NCBI GenBank assembly: GCA_965230395.1
Contig: CBDDKV010000002.1
Location: 6,456,926-6,520,925 of the forward strand
Direction: 5' to 3'
Origin: Bacteroidales bacterium
Lineage (GTDB): Bacteria > Bacteroidota > Bacteroidia > Bacteroidales > UBA10428
DNA: 64,000 bases
In this document: positions 9,180-17,915 of the stretch, one piece after another
Layout: every line of letters starts with the position of its first letter
How positions within the stretch are numbered: position 1 is the first letter of the stretch
Notes under the pieces: model-generated
Seen by the model: only the letters and a program-made list of their open reading frames with translations
What the model was told of the DNA's origin: nothing
Database searches by the model: none
Program-made: the position numbers and the translations under genes

Positions 9180-10325
9180 ATGAAACAAATTGGTTGGTTT
9201 TGGTTAGTAGTGTTATTGGGTGTGTTTAGTGCCTGTGATGATGATGAGGACACTCTTGTAACAGATACGGATGATGAAATAGATTGGGTGGTTAATGCAG
9301 ATAAGGCTATTGAAGATTTTGTCGCTACCTACTGGAACAGTTATGCCGGATATTTCAATTATAATAATCTGGGAAGTACCGAATTTCATTATTGGCCTCA
9401 GGCACATTCGTTGGATGTGTTATTGGACGCATATGAAAGAACAAATAGTAATTTTTACCTCACATATATCAACAATTGGTTTGATGGAGTGAGGATCAAA
9501 AATGGCAATACATGGATCAATGATTATTATGATGACATGGAGTGGAATGCACTTGCTATGTTAAGGGCTTTTGAAATAACAGGTGACCAAAAGTTCAAGG
9601 ATGCGGTAGATGTGCTCTGGGAGGATATAAAAACAGGCTGGAATGATTATGCAGGTGGCGGATTAATGTGGTTCAAAGAAACCCCGAACGGGAAAAATGC
9701 CATATCGAATAGCCCGGCTTCAATACTAGCATCAAGGTTATATCAAATAGACCAGGATCCGGACGATCTGGAATGGGCCCAAAAGATTTATACCTGGGTA
9801 AAAACTAATTTAATAGATCTGTCAACAGGAGCCGTTTGGGATCATGTAATTGATAACGATGGAGTATTGTCTATTAAAAAAGATTGGATTTTCACATACA
9901 ACCAGGGCGTTTATTTGGGGGCAGCTCTTGAGTTGTACGAAATTACAGGGCAGTCAGGTTATTTAAACGATGCCCAAAAAACAGCAGATTATACCGTGAA
10001 TTCATTATCTACAACAGAGAGATTATTGAAAGATGAGGGAGATGGAGACGGAGGTTTGTTCAAAGGTATATTTGTCAGGTATTTCTCTCAGTTAATTTTA
10101 AACAAAAACGTATCACAGAATATACGTAACAGATATTCAATTTTCCTTGAGCATAACGCTAAAACATTATGGACAGAAGGTAGAAATGACAAAACCAATC
10201 TTTTTAATTCGAATTGGAATACAAAACCAGGTTCAACTGTCGACCTAACTGTTCAATTAAGTGGCATTATGTTGCTTGAAGCGGCAGCTTTATTGCAAAC
10301 AGAAGGTATAATCAATAATGAGTAA
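9180..10325 (+). CDS. Glycoside hydrolase family 76 lipoprotein (alpha-1,6-mannanase-like)
   Basis: Lipobox FSAC; catalytic YYDDMEW motif; KNAISN, FTYNQGV and GDGGLFKGIFVRY. Confidence 0.92.
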   Translation: MKQIGWFWLVVLLGVFSACDDDEDTLVTDTDDEIDWVVNADKAIEDFVATYWNSYAGYFNYNNLGSTEFHYWPQAHSLDVLLDAYERTNSNFYLTYINNWFDGVRIKNGNTWINDYYDDMEWNALAMLRAFEITGDQKFKDAVDVLWEDIKTGWNDYAGGGLMWFKETPNGKNAISNSPASILASRLYQIDQDPDDLEWAQKIYTWVKTNLIDLSTGAVWDHVIDNDGVLSIKKDWIFTYNQGVYLGAALELYEITGQSGYLNDAQKTADYTVNSLSTTERLLKDEGDGDGGLFKGIFVRYFSQLILNKNVSQNIRNRYSIFLEHNAKTLWTEGRNDKTNLFNSNWNTKPGSTVDLTVQLSGIMLLEAAALLQTEGIINNE

Positions 10326-10329
10326 GAAA

Positions 10330-10768
10330 TATTGGTTTGAGGGAAGACGAAAAAGTATTCTGGTCACGAAGCCTTGGATATAGAAATACCTTCGATAGCA
10401 AAACAAATTATTTATGACCTCGACTAACCAACGGACAATTCGCAGACATGGATACCACACTTTGGGATGAATTAAAGCCTCATTACGCATCGGGAAATAT
10501 CTGGGTTTCGGCCTATACACCTCACGATATGTTAGGGACCATCAGGTTATTTTATGGTGCAACTAATTACGAATCGTGGTTAGATAATACGCTAAACACG
10601 CCGCTGCAAATGGCAGAGGAACACACAAAGATATTACAGGTTTTATCGAAAAATACAGCCATGGATGAGCCAGAGCAACAAATTCCATATCTGTACAATT
10701 TCGCTGGCAAGCCATGGAAAACCCAGAATTTAGTGAGAAAGATAATGAGACACCCCGGTCATATATAG
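10330..10768 (+). pseudogene. Fragment of a GH92 alpha-mannosidase
   Basis: PHDMLG and DEPEQQIPYLYNFAGKPWKTQNLVRKIM resemble the GH92 C-terminal catalytic region. Only about 100 aa remain, truncated by hairpin repeat B. The 5' boundary is approximate. Confidence 0.75.
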
Positions 10769-10789
10769 TTCTATATGATCGGGAGTTTT
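10744..10789. repeat. 46-bp hairpin repeat, copy B
   Basis: CCCCGGTCATATATAGTTCTATATGATCGGGAG; matches 4965-5010. Confidence 0.85.
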
Positions 10790-10899
10790 GTGTTAAAAAT
10801 ATAGCTTAGCTTCAAGGAAAGAATACGTTACAACAGCGTGAGCTGCACCCTTAGGTTGAGATAATTGAAATCGCAACAAAAAGTGCAGAAATTTGCATC

Positions 10900-11125
10900 A
10901 AAACAAATCTTAAATTACTGAATTTATAGATGTTATAAGACATTAACCAAAAGAAGGTGTTACAAGGAATGCTGTTCCCTGAAGGAATTTATTATAACCG
11001 GGAAAAAGACGAAGTTCGAACCAAAAGGGTGAATTCTTTTTTCTCTCTAATTGCAGGAATATCAAATGATTGCAGTGGAAATAAAAATGGGGATTCTACC
11101 AAATCTGGTAAAATCCCCGTTTGGG
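10900..11125 (+). pseudogene. C-terminal remnant of a Bacteroidota tRNA-associated site-specific recombinase
   Basis: QKKVLQGMLFPEGIYYNREKDEVRTKRVNSFFSLIA...NKNG reading into the tRNA 3' end. The upstream frame is interrupted. Family assignment is from recollection; 5' boundary approximate. Confidence 0.65.
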
Positions 11126-11199
11126 TGGTCCCACATGGGCTCGAACCATGGACCCCCTGATTATGAGTCAGGTGCTCTAACCAGCTGAGCTATGGGACC
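11126..11199 (-). tRNA. tRNA with CAT anticodon, most likely tRNA-Ile2 (lysidine)
   Basis: GGTCCCATAGCTCAGCTGGTTAGAGCACCTGACTCATAATCAGGGGGTCCATGGTTCGAGCCCATGTGGGACCA folds as a cloverleaf. It lacks initiator features; GACTCATAATC anticodon arm is typical of Ile2. CCA is not encoded. Confidence 0.92.
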
Positions 11200-11284
11200 A
11201 ATACTTTTGTCAAAAACATTATCAAAAAGCGGGTGCAATATTAAGCATTTGAATTCAAATATGCAACACTTATTAAATGTTTTC

Positions 11285-12040
11285 TTAATCTTCTATCAAT
11301 AGTTTTAAACTCGCCTCAATTATTTCATTCACCCTGCCTTCGTTTAACTCTATGATATTGAGCTTCTCTCCTCGTGTTGCGGGCTGTATATCCGTTCTCC
11401 AGGTATCAAAATAAGTACACAAAGAAAGTGCTCCGTATTTAATATTTAACTCATGTGCTAAAATAGCCTCCTGTGTTGTTGTTGTATTTACCACATCGGC
11501 TCCCAGTTGCCGGTATAAATTCGATTCTGCCCTGGTCGACTGTCTTGGTCCGTCAACAGCCATTACTATTCCCCGCGTATGTGTTGTACAACCATTTGTA
11601 ACCGCCGCATGAATAAGACTGTCTCTTATTTCTTCTGCAAAAGGATAATTAAATGCAGAATGATTTAATTTGTCCGCATCAATTTTATCGACAAATGACA
11701 ACTCACTGTGTGTGGTTAAATCAATAAACTGATCGAATATGACAAATTCTCCAGGACAAATCTCTTCCCTTAAGCTTCCACAAATCGAAGTGGCAATTAT
11801 ATACCGACAACCTAACTCGTATAACGCATAAATGTTTGCTTTAGAATTAACTTTAAATGAAGGCAATGTACCATCCTCCCCATGCCGGTATAATATAACC
11901 AGCTCATTGTCACCAAGCTTACCTGTTAACAGTTTACCCGATGTTTTTCCAAAGGGGGTTTCATAATCCAGCACTTCTACATCTGTGATTAGAGGACTGT
12001 ATTTACTACCATATCCTAAAATCAATGCAATTTTCGTCAT
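11285..12040 (-). CDS. mtnP: MTA phosphorylase (MTAP)-family purine nucleoside phosphorylase, divergent active site
   Basis: ETPFGKTS, RHG, ANIYAL, CGSLREEI, DQFIDLT and GPRQSTRAES motifs; near mtnA. Confidence 0.75.
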   Translation of the reverse strand: MTKIALILGYGSKYSPLITDVEVLDYETPFGKTSGKLLTGKLGDNELVILYRHGEDGTLPSFKVNSKANIYALYELGCRYIIATSICGSLREEICPGEFVIFDQFIDLTTHSELSFVDKIDADKLNHSAFNYPFAEEIRDSLIHAAVTNGCTTHTRGIVMAVDGPRQSTRAESNLYRQLGADVVNTTTTQEAILAHELNIKYGALSLCTYFDTWRTDIQPATRGEKLNIIELNEGRVNEIIEASLKLLIED

Positions 12041-12169
12041 AGGGAAATTCTTTAACACTTTGTTAACCTTAAAAATAAGGAATCAGGAACAATAAATTAC
12101 AATGATTTAAAAAACATTTAAAGATCTTTTATCACCTTTAAACTTTTTACTCATCAAAACAGCATTAAA

Positions 12170-12820
12170 ATGATTATTGACAATTTAAAGAACCTGGAAA
12201 TTCACCTGGTGAAAAATATAATATTTGACTGGGGAGGTGTTATCACCAACCTGAATTTCAACATTACCGGTGAGGAGTTTAAAAAACTGGGCATCAATAA
12301 CTTTACCGATCACTTCTCCAAATTGAAGCAAAGCGATCTACTCGTTGACTTTGAAGTGAACAAAGTCTCACCGGAACAATTTAGATCCGAAATAAAAAAA
12401 ATCACAGGAACAATTGTGACCGATGAAATGATAGACAATGCATGGATGTCTGTTTTACGGGACACCCCAAAAAAACGAATTGACCTGCTTCTTAAACTTA
12501 AACCAAAATTTCGCACCTTTCTTTTAAGCAACACCAATAAAATCCATGCAGATTACTATAACAAAAAACTACAGGCAGAAACGGGACTAAGTCACCCGAC
12601 ATTATTTGAGAAAACGTATTACTCACATGAGATTGGCGAAAGAAAACCTAACCCGGCGATATTTGAATACGTACTTTCTGATGGCGGCCTTATCTCAGGC
12701 GAAACACTATTTATTGACGATACAAAAATGCATATTGAAGCCGCATCAAAGGTTGGAATCAATGCATATCACCTTAAACCCGATCAGGATATTGTCGATT
12801 TATTTGAAAGCTGGTTATAA
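12170..12820 (+). CDS. HAD-superfamily phosphatase (YihX-like)
   Basis: IIFDWGGV, LLSNTN, RKPNPAIF and FIDD motifs. Confidence 0.9.
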   Translation: MIIDNLKNLEIHLVKNIIFDWGGVITNLNFNITGEEFKKLGINNFTDHFSKLKQSDLLVDFEVNKVSPEQFRSEIKKITGTIVTDEMIDNAWMSVLRDTPKKRIDLLLKLKPKFRTFLLSNTNKIHADYYNKKLQAETGLSHPTLFEKTYYSHEIGERKPNPAIFEYVLSDGGLISGETLFIDDTKMHIEAASKVGINAYHLKPDQDIVDLFESWL

Positions 12821-13410
12821 TATTTAAGAAGTACATTTCCGGCACTTTCCAGGTTTTTCCCAAATGTCAGAATTCCCTCTTCATGCCCCCCCATAACAAT
12901 GATCCCCTGCTCACTTATCCGCTCTCTGCGTATAAGATCTGTTATTTCATAAGCCAACGCTGGAGTGCCATACTCCATACTTTCATCAGTAGTGGGTAGA
13001 AGGTTTTTATATTTATTCCACATCTTTATGGAATGGACATGAATAACTGCTCCTGTATTTTTTAAAGTGTCATAAACCGCCGCGTGGCTCAACGATTCGG
13101 AAGAAGCTTTCGTTCTCCCGAAACACTCCAGCTCATTATTTTCAAAATCCCATTTAGTAACTTTGGAATAATCGGATTTTTCCAGAAAACTTTTATTCCC
13201 TGTTGCACTTCCGGTTATAAAAAAAGCAGTCTCCGAATCTTTTTGACTGATATTCCCATAACCAATACCGTTCTGGTACATTCCAATCAGTAAATAGTCG
13301 TATAGCACCTTACGCCACTTACTAAATGAGCCCAATGCTGTTGACGGGATATCTATACCGATATTATTCCAGTTACATTTATACTTTATATATCCTTCCT
13401 TATTCATCAT
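12784..13410 (-). CDS. Class II aldolase/adducin family protein
   Basis: YGNIS, FFITGS, ASSESLSH, VIHVHS and MGGHEEG metal-binding motifs; overlaps the mtnA stop. Confidence 0.88.
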   Translation of the reverse strand: MMNKEGYIKYKCNWNNIGIDIPSTALGSFSKWRKVLYDYLLIGMYQNGIGYGNISQKDSETAFFITGSATGNKSFLEKSDYSKVTKWDFENNELECFGRTKASSESLSHAAVYDTLKNTGAVIHVHSIKMWNKYKNLLPTTDESMEYGTPALAYEITDLIRRERISEQGIIVMGGHEEGILTFGKNLESAGNVLLKYYNQLSNKSTIS

Positions 13411-14512
13411 CAATTAAATCCGAAAACATTCTTACAATACCCTCTTCCGAAGCTTCACAAATACCTCTTTCTGTTATTAGTCCGTTTACTAATCCTGAAG
13501 GGGTAACATCGAAACCATAATTAGCTACTTTAGCATTTTTGGGCAGAATATTCACCTTACAAATTTTATCATCCATAACACCCTCAACATGAGTCACCTC
13601 ATCAGCATCTCGCTGTTCAATGGGTATTTCCTTCAGGCCATCTGATAAATTAAAGTCAAAGCTGGAAGAAGGAAGAGCAACATAAAAGGGGACATTATTA
13701 TCCTTAGCGGCCAAAGCTTTAAGGTAAGTACCTATCTTGTTTGCAACATCTCCTGTACGGGTTGTCCTGTCACTCCCAACAATTACAATATCAACCATTC
13801 CGTGTTGCATCAAATGTCCTCCGGTATTATCAGGAATTACTGTATGAGAAACCCCTTGCTGCCCCAGCTCCCAGGCCGTAAGTTTCCCCCCCTGGTTTCT
13901 TGGCCGTGTTTCATCCACCCAGACATGAACCGGTATTCCCTTTTCATAAGCGGCATATATTGGAGCCGTTGCCGTTCCATAATCAATACATGCCAACCAA
14001 CCAGCATTACAATGTGTAAGAATATTAACAGGTTCACCGTTTTTCTTTTTGCTTAGCTCTTCGATTAATTCTAATCCAAATTCTCCAATTCTTCTACAGT
14101 ATTCCCGTTCTTTGTCAACCCGTTTTACTGCAATATTTAGCGCTATTTCCTGTGCTTCGTGCAAAGAGGCTGCATATTCAGCTTCCTTAACAACTTCATC
14201 AACAGCAAAAGCAAGGTTGACGGCAGTCGGCCTGGACGATTTAAGATATTCACCCTGTCTGATTATTTCTTTTTGAAAATCCCGCCCGTCTTCTATTTCC
14301 AATGTTGCAAGATAAACTCCAAAAGCCCCGGTTGCCCCTATCAGTGGCGCCCCACGAACCGCCATGTCTTTTATAGCATTATATACATCTTCTGTGGTAT
14401 GTAAATCGATCATTCCAAACTGGAAAGGCAATGTACGCTGATCAATTATCTGAATATGCTTTTTGTCCTGACCTAACCATATTGTTTCATACCTTTTATT
14501 GTTTACTAACAT
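13400..14512 (-). CDS. mtnA: S-methyl-5-thioribose-1-phosphate isomerase
   Basis: MAVRGAPLIG, SRPTAVNL, LTHCNAGWLA, DETRPRNQG, ANKIGTY and FDVTP. Confidence 0.96.
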   Translation of the reverse strand: MLVNNKRYETIWLGQDKKHIQIIDQRTLPFQFGMIDLHTTEDVYNAIKDMAVRGAPLIGATGAFGVYLATLEIEDGRDFQKEIIRQGEYLKSSRPTAVNLAFAVDEVVKEAEYAASLHEAQEIALNIAVKRVDKEREYCRRIGEFGLELIEELSKKKNGEPVNILTHCNAGWLACIDYGTATAPIYAAYEKGIPVHVWVDETRPRNQGGKLTAWELGQQGVSHTVIPDNTGGHLMQHGMVDIVIVGSDRTTRTGDVANKIGTYLKALAAKDNNVPFYVALPSSSFDFNLSDGLKEIPIEQRDADEVTHVEGVMDDKICKVNILPKNAKVANYGFDVTPSGLVNGLITERGICEASEEGIVRMFSDLIDDE

Positions 14513-14794
14513 AGTTATAATTTTTATATGCGCTAAATTTAACTATTTCCGCAAAAAACCCAAGAAACCCTTATACGGTCTATAATTACCACCTACAAAT
14601 TAGTCCAGCTAAATTCTTTATAAAACATTTACATGCTTACAACGAATAAAGACCGCGCTCGCTATACGTAAACTCATTGGGAAAAATTAGTTATAAAGTT
14701 GAATTTCAGCACAAAAAATTGTTTTTGTATATTTAAAATTAAGTTCTTACGTTTATAAATACTAAAATAAACTATTTAACTAAATTCAATAGAA

Positions 14795-15265
14795 ATGAAA
14801 ATTCTACTAGCTAGCCTGCTTCTAATGGTAAGCCTTGCGCTGACCGCTCAACAAAAAGACACTCCTGTTCAGATAAACCTAAAAGACGGAAGCAGCATTA
14901 ATGCGAAACATTTTGGGCAACTTAAATGCGGGAAACAGGGTTTTGGTGAGAATCACATTTTCATTAAAGGTAAATACCTAGGCACTGTAACAGAAGTTAA
15001 TGACTATGATGATATTGAAAAAATCGTCCTCGAAGGTTATAAGGCAGCACCTGTTGCCTCCGTTGGTAATGAAAAGGCTGTTGTAAAAGTAACAAAAAAG
15101 GACGGTATCACTGTTGATATTGAAGAGGCTGAAATATTTATGACCTGTTATGCGACCGGAGATAAATACAATCAGCTTATTGTACAAATAAAGAACCCTT
15201 TAACAAACCAGGTTGCAGAAAAGGTTATTCCTACAAAGGATGTACAATCTGTAATTTTTAAGTAG
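14795..15265 (+). CDS. Secreted hypothetical protein
   Basis: 156 aa with a signal peptide ending LTA-Q; no recognised domain. Confidence 0.75.
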   Translation: MKILLASLLLMVSLALTAQQKDTPVQINLKDGSSINAKHFGQLKCGKQGFGENHIFIKGKYLGTVTEVNDYDDIEKIVLEGYKAAPVASVGNEKAVVKVTKKDGITVDIEEAEIFMTCYATGDKYNQLIVQIKNPLTNQVAEKVIPTKDVQSVIFK

Positions 15266-15336
15266 CAAATCTTTAAGAAAAACAGGTCTGTACCCTCTTT
15301 TGTTATTTCCGTACAAAGCCTAATATAAGATATGTT

Positions 15337-15373
15337 CAGGACGACCAATTTCGTAAATCAAATGGTCGTCCTG
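15337..15373. terminator. Hairpin between convergent genes (probable terminator)
   Basis: CAGGACGACCA...TGGTCGTCCTG, 11-bp stem. Confidence 0.55.
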
Positions 15374-15376
15374 TTA

Positions 15377-16444
15377 TTACTTAGCGTTCTCTTGTCCTGC
15401 TTTCTTTAAGGTAAAGGTGAATGCACTTCCGCTGTTTATTTTACTTCTGACATTAATTGTCTGGTTATGCGCTTCAATTATATGCTTAACAATAGACAAT
15501 CCCAGTCCTGTACCGCCCATCTCCCTTGACCGGCTTTTATCCGTTCTGTAAAAACGCTCAAAAATGCGAGGAAGATCCTTATCCGAGATTCCAATACCGT
15601 CGTCAGAGACCTCTACTAACACATTATCCTCCATATCAAGGAAATCTACAATTGTATTTCCACCTTCTTTACCATATTTTATTGAATTTACCACTAAATT
15701 ATTTACTACTTCCAGTATTCTTTGTTTATCAGCATAAACTTTCACCTGTTTATCAGGGAACCTTGCAAATTTGAGAGTTATGCCCCTTTCGGCGGCCAAC
15801 ATTTCGTGTTCTTCAAAAACCTCATCAACCAATTTTGCAATGTTAAACTCTGTATAATTAAGTTTTAGTTCACCCGACTCCAGCCTTGAAATAGATTCCA
15901 AATCATCAACGATGGATATCAACCTGTTTACGCTTTTTTCTGCCCTCTCTAGGTATAAAATATTAATGCTTTCATCTTCAAGCCCTCCGTCCAGAAGAGT
16001 TGAGATATACCCCTGTATATTAAATATCGGCGTTTTTAATTCATGCGAAACATTTCCTAAAAACTCCCTCCGGTATCTTTCCAATTGTCTCAACTGAGCA
16101 ATCTCCCGGGTTTTCTTCTTTGCCCACCTCAATACATCAGCCTGAACATCCTGAACCAAATCACGTTCTTTTTCTTCCATGTCCCTTTTCAACTGCTCTT
16201 CAGAAAAGTTCACATTTTGAATGGTCTTATATATTGGCTTTAACTTTTTGAATATAAAACTATTGAGCGAATAAAAAACAATTAGATAAACAAATAAAAA
16301 TACAAGCAGGCTTATAAAAATAATTGCCACAAAAAACCCTGATTCTTCAATTGCAAATACAATTAAGCTTGTTGTAAAGGTTACAACTGCCGAAACAAAA
16401 GCTATGGTTATAGCCTGCCTTCTCGGTGAAACACTCTGCATCAT
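15377..16444 (-). CDS. Sensor histidine kinase (PhoR/RprX-like)
   Basis: Two TM helices; NVSHELKTP H-box; NSIKYG, DDGIGI, FERFYR and GGTGLGL boxes. Confidence 0.93.
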   Translation of the reverse strand: MMQSVSPRRQAITIAFVSAVVTFTTSLIVFAIEESGFFVAIIFISLLVFLFVYLIVFYSLNSFIFKKLKPIYKTIQNVNFSEEQLKRDMEEKERDLVQDVQADVLRWAKKKTREIAQLRQLERYRREFLGNVSHELKTPIFNIQGYISTLLDGGLEDESINILYLERAEKSVNRLISIVDDLESISRLESGELKLNYTEFNIAKLVDEVFEEHEMLAAERGITLKFARFPDKQVKVYADKQRILEVVNNLVVNSIKYGKEGGNTIVDFLDMEDNVLVEVSDDGIGISDKDLPRIFERFYRTDKSRSREMGGTGLGLSIVKHIIEAHNQTINVRSKINSGSAFTFTLKKAGQENAK

Positions 16445-16785
16445 AGAATAAATTTATTTCAAAAGTAATTATCAAATACTTAAAATAAGAACTATACATT
16501 GATTTTTTCTTTAAGTAACCATTAACTTTTAAACAACACTCCCTCAACATAAAGTACAAAAAAGAAAAAACCATACATTCACGTTCCGGAAAACTATGAA
16601 GAATTACCACTCCAACGTAAAATGCCTTTTTGAAATTACAAATTAGCCCCTTAGCTATCATTTGTATACCGCCTTGTCTATCTGCAATTTAAAATCAACC
16701 TTAAGCGCCGAAGACAAGCCTGAACACAGGCTTGGCACTGTATTTGTTCAGGTAAGAAAAAGATTGTATTTTTTATTTCAATAAC

Positions 16786-16793
16786 TATCTTTG
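16786..16793 (+). promoter_or_regulatory. Bacteroidota -7 promoter element TATCTTTG
   Basis: Matches TAnnTTTG, 38 bp upstream of the TPR gene ATG. Confidence 0.55.
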
Positions 16794-16831
16794 TGATTCA
16801 GAAATTGTAAATTATTTAAAATCTGATAATT

Positions 16832-17824
16832 ATGAGAGCAGTTGTAATCTTAAGAAGAATTACCGCATTATTTGTACTGTTTTTGCCATTAAGCATTACA
16901 GCACAAACACTTGAAGAGGCACAAAAGGCGTATAATGCAGGTGTCACAGCAAACGGAGAAGGAAATCTGGAAGAAGCCATTAGCCAATTCACAACTTGTA
17001 TAGAAGCATGCGAATATTTAGTTGAAGAAGAGGAAGACGAAACCGCTGAAGAGCTTTTGTATACGGTTCAGGCAGTAGTACCAAAATTATACCTGCAGTT
17101 AGGTACCGGCCAGCTTCAGGAAAAGAAAGTTACTGAAGGGCTCGCAAATGTTTACAAAGCAAAAGAAGTAGCCGGAAACTATGGCGATACTGAGACTCTT
17201 GAAAGGGCAAAAAAGATTATCCCACAAATTCATTACAAATTGGGAGCATCTAAATATAAAGCCGGAGACCTTGACAAAGCAATTGAAGAACTTGATAAAG
17301 CCCTTGCCGTTAACAACAATTACGGAGCAGCTTATTACTTAAAATCTGTAGTGTATAAAAAGAAAGGCGACGATGAAGCGTTCAAAGAAACAGCCTTGGC
17401 TGGTATTAAAGCTACGAAAGAAGCAAAGGACGCTAAAACAGAGAAAAAAATTACTGTTCTTGCACAAAAACACTTCCTGAAAAAAGGAAACGATGCAAAA
17501 GGAGCTTCAAAATATGCAGAAGCTGAACAATACCTGAATACTTCATTGGAATTTATGCCAACAGATGTTACAACCCTTTTTCTTCTTGCCCAAACATACA
17601 GTTCTCAAAAAAAATATAACGAAGCGATTGAAACAGGAAACAAAGCTGTTGAAAACGAGACTGGTGGAGATGAAGCCAAAGCTAAAATTTACATGATAAT
17701 AGCTGAAGCCCAAACCAACAAAGGAGATAAATCGGGAGCATGTGCTACTTACAAAAAGGCTGCCGTTGGCCAGTACGCCGAATTAGCAAATTATCGTATT
17801 GAGCACGAACTAAAATGCGAATAG
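16832..17824 (+). CDS. Secreted tetratricopeptide-repeat protein
   Basis: Signal peptide (ITA-Q) and multiple TPR-like helices, e.g. YKLGASKYKAGDLDKAIEELDKAL. Confidence 0.88.
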   Translation: MRAVVILRRITALFVLFLPLSITAQTLEEAQKAYNAGVTANGEGNLEEAISQFTTCIEACEYLVEEEEDETAEELLYTVQAVVPKLYLQLGTGQLQEKKVTEGLANVYKAKEVAGNYGDTETLERAKKIIPQIHYKLGASKYKAGDLDKAIEELDKALAVNNNYGAAYYLKSVVYKKKGDDEAFKETALAGIKATKEAKDAKTEKKITVLAQKHFLKKGNDAKGASKYAEAEQYLNTSLEFMPTDVTTLFLLAQTYSSQKKYNEAIETGNKAVENETGGDEAKAKIYMIIAEAQTNKGDKSGACATYKKAAVGQYAELANYRIEHELKCE

Positions 17825-17846
17825 CCTATCCGCATTAATTATAAAT

Positions 17847-17892
17847 AAAACTGTTCACAAAGATTATTTTAATCTTTGTGAACAGTTTTTTT
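17847..17892 (+). terminator. Intrinsic terminator
   Basis: AAAACTGTTCACAAAGATTA...TAATCTTTGTGAACAGTTTT followed by a T-tract. Confidence 0.85.
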
Positions 17893-17915
17893 ATCCTGTT
17901 AAGCAAAAGAAATAA

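Noticed and set aside
10957..11160. 67-aa ORF as a functional gene
   Set aside because: It overlaps the tRNA antisense and is better explained as a recombinase remnant.
11126..11199. tRNA-Met (initiator or elongator) assignment
   Set aside because: It has a paired G1-C72, no three consecutive G-C anticodon-stem pairs and an Ile2-type anticodon arm. Elongator Met is not fully excluded without tRNAscan-SE isotype models.
16347..16661. 104-aa ORF upstream of the histidine kinase
   Set aside because: It overlaps the kinase start out of frame, has low-complexity AT-rich composition and is not a response regulator.
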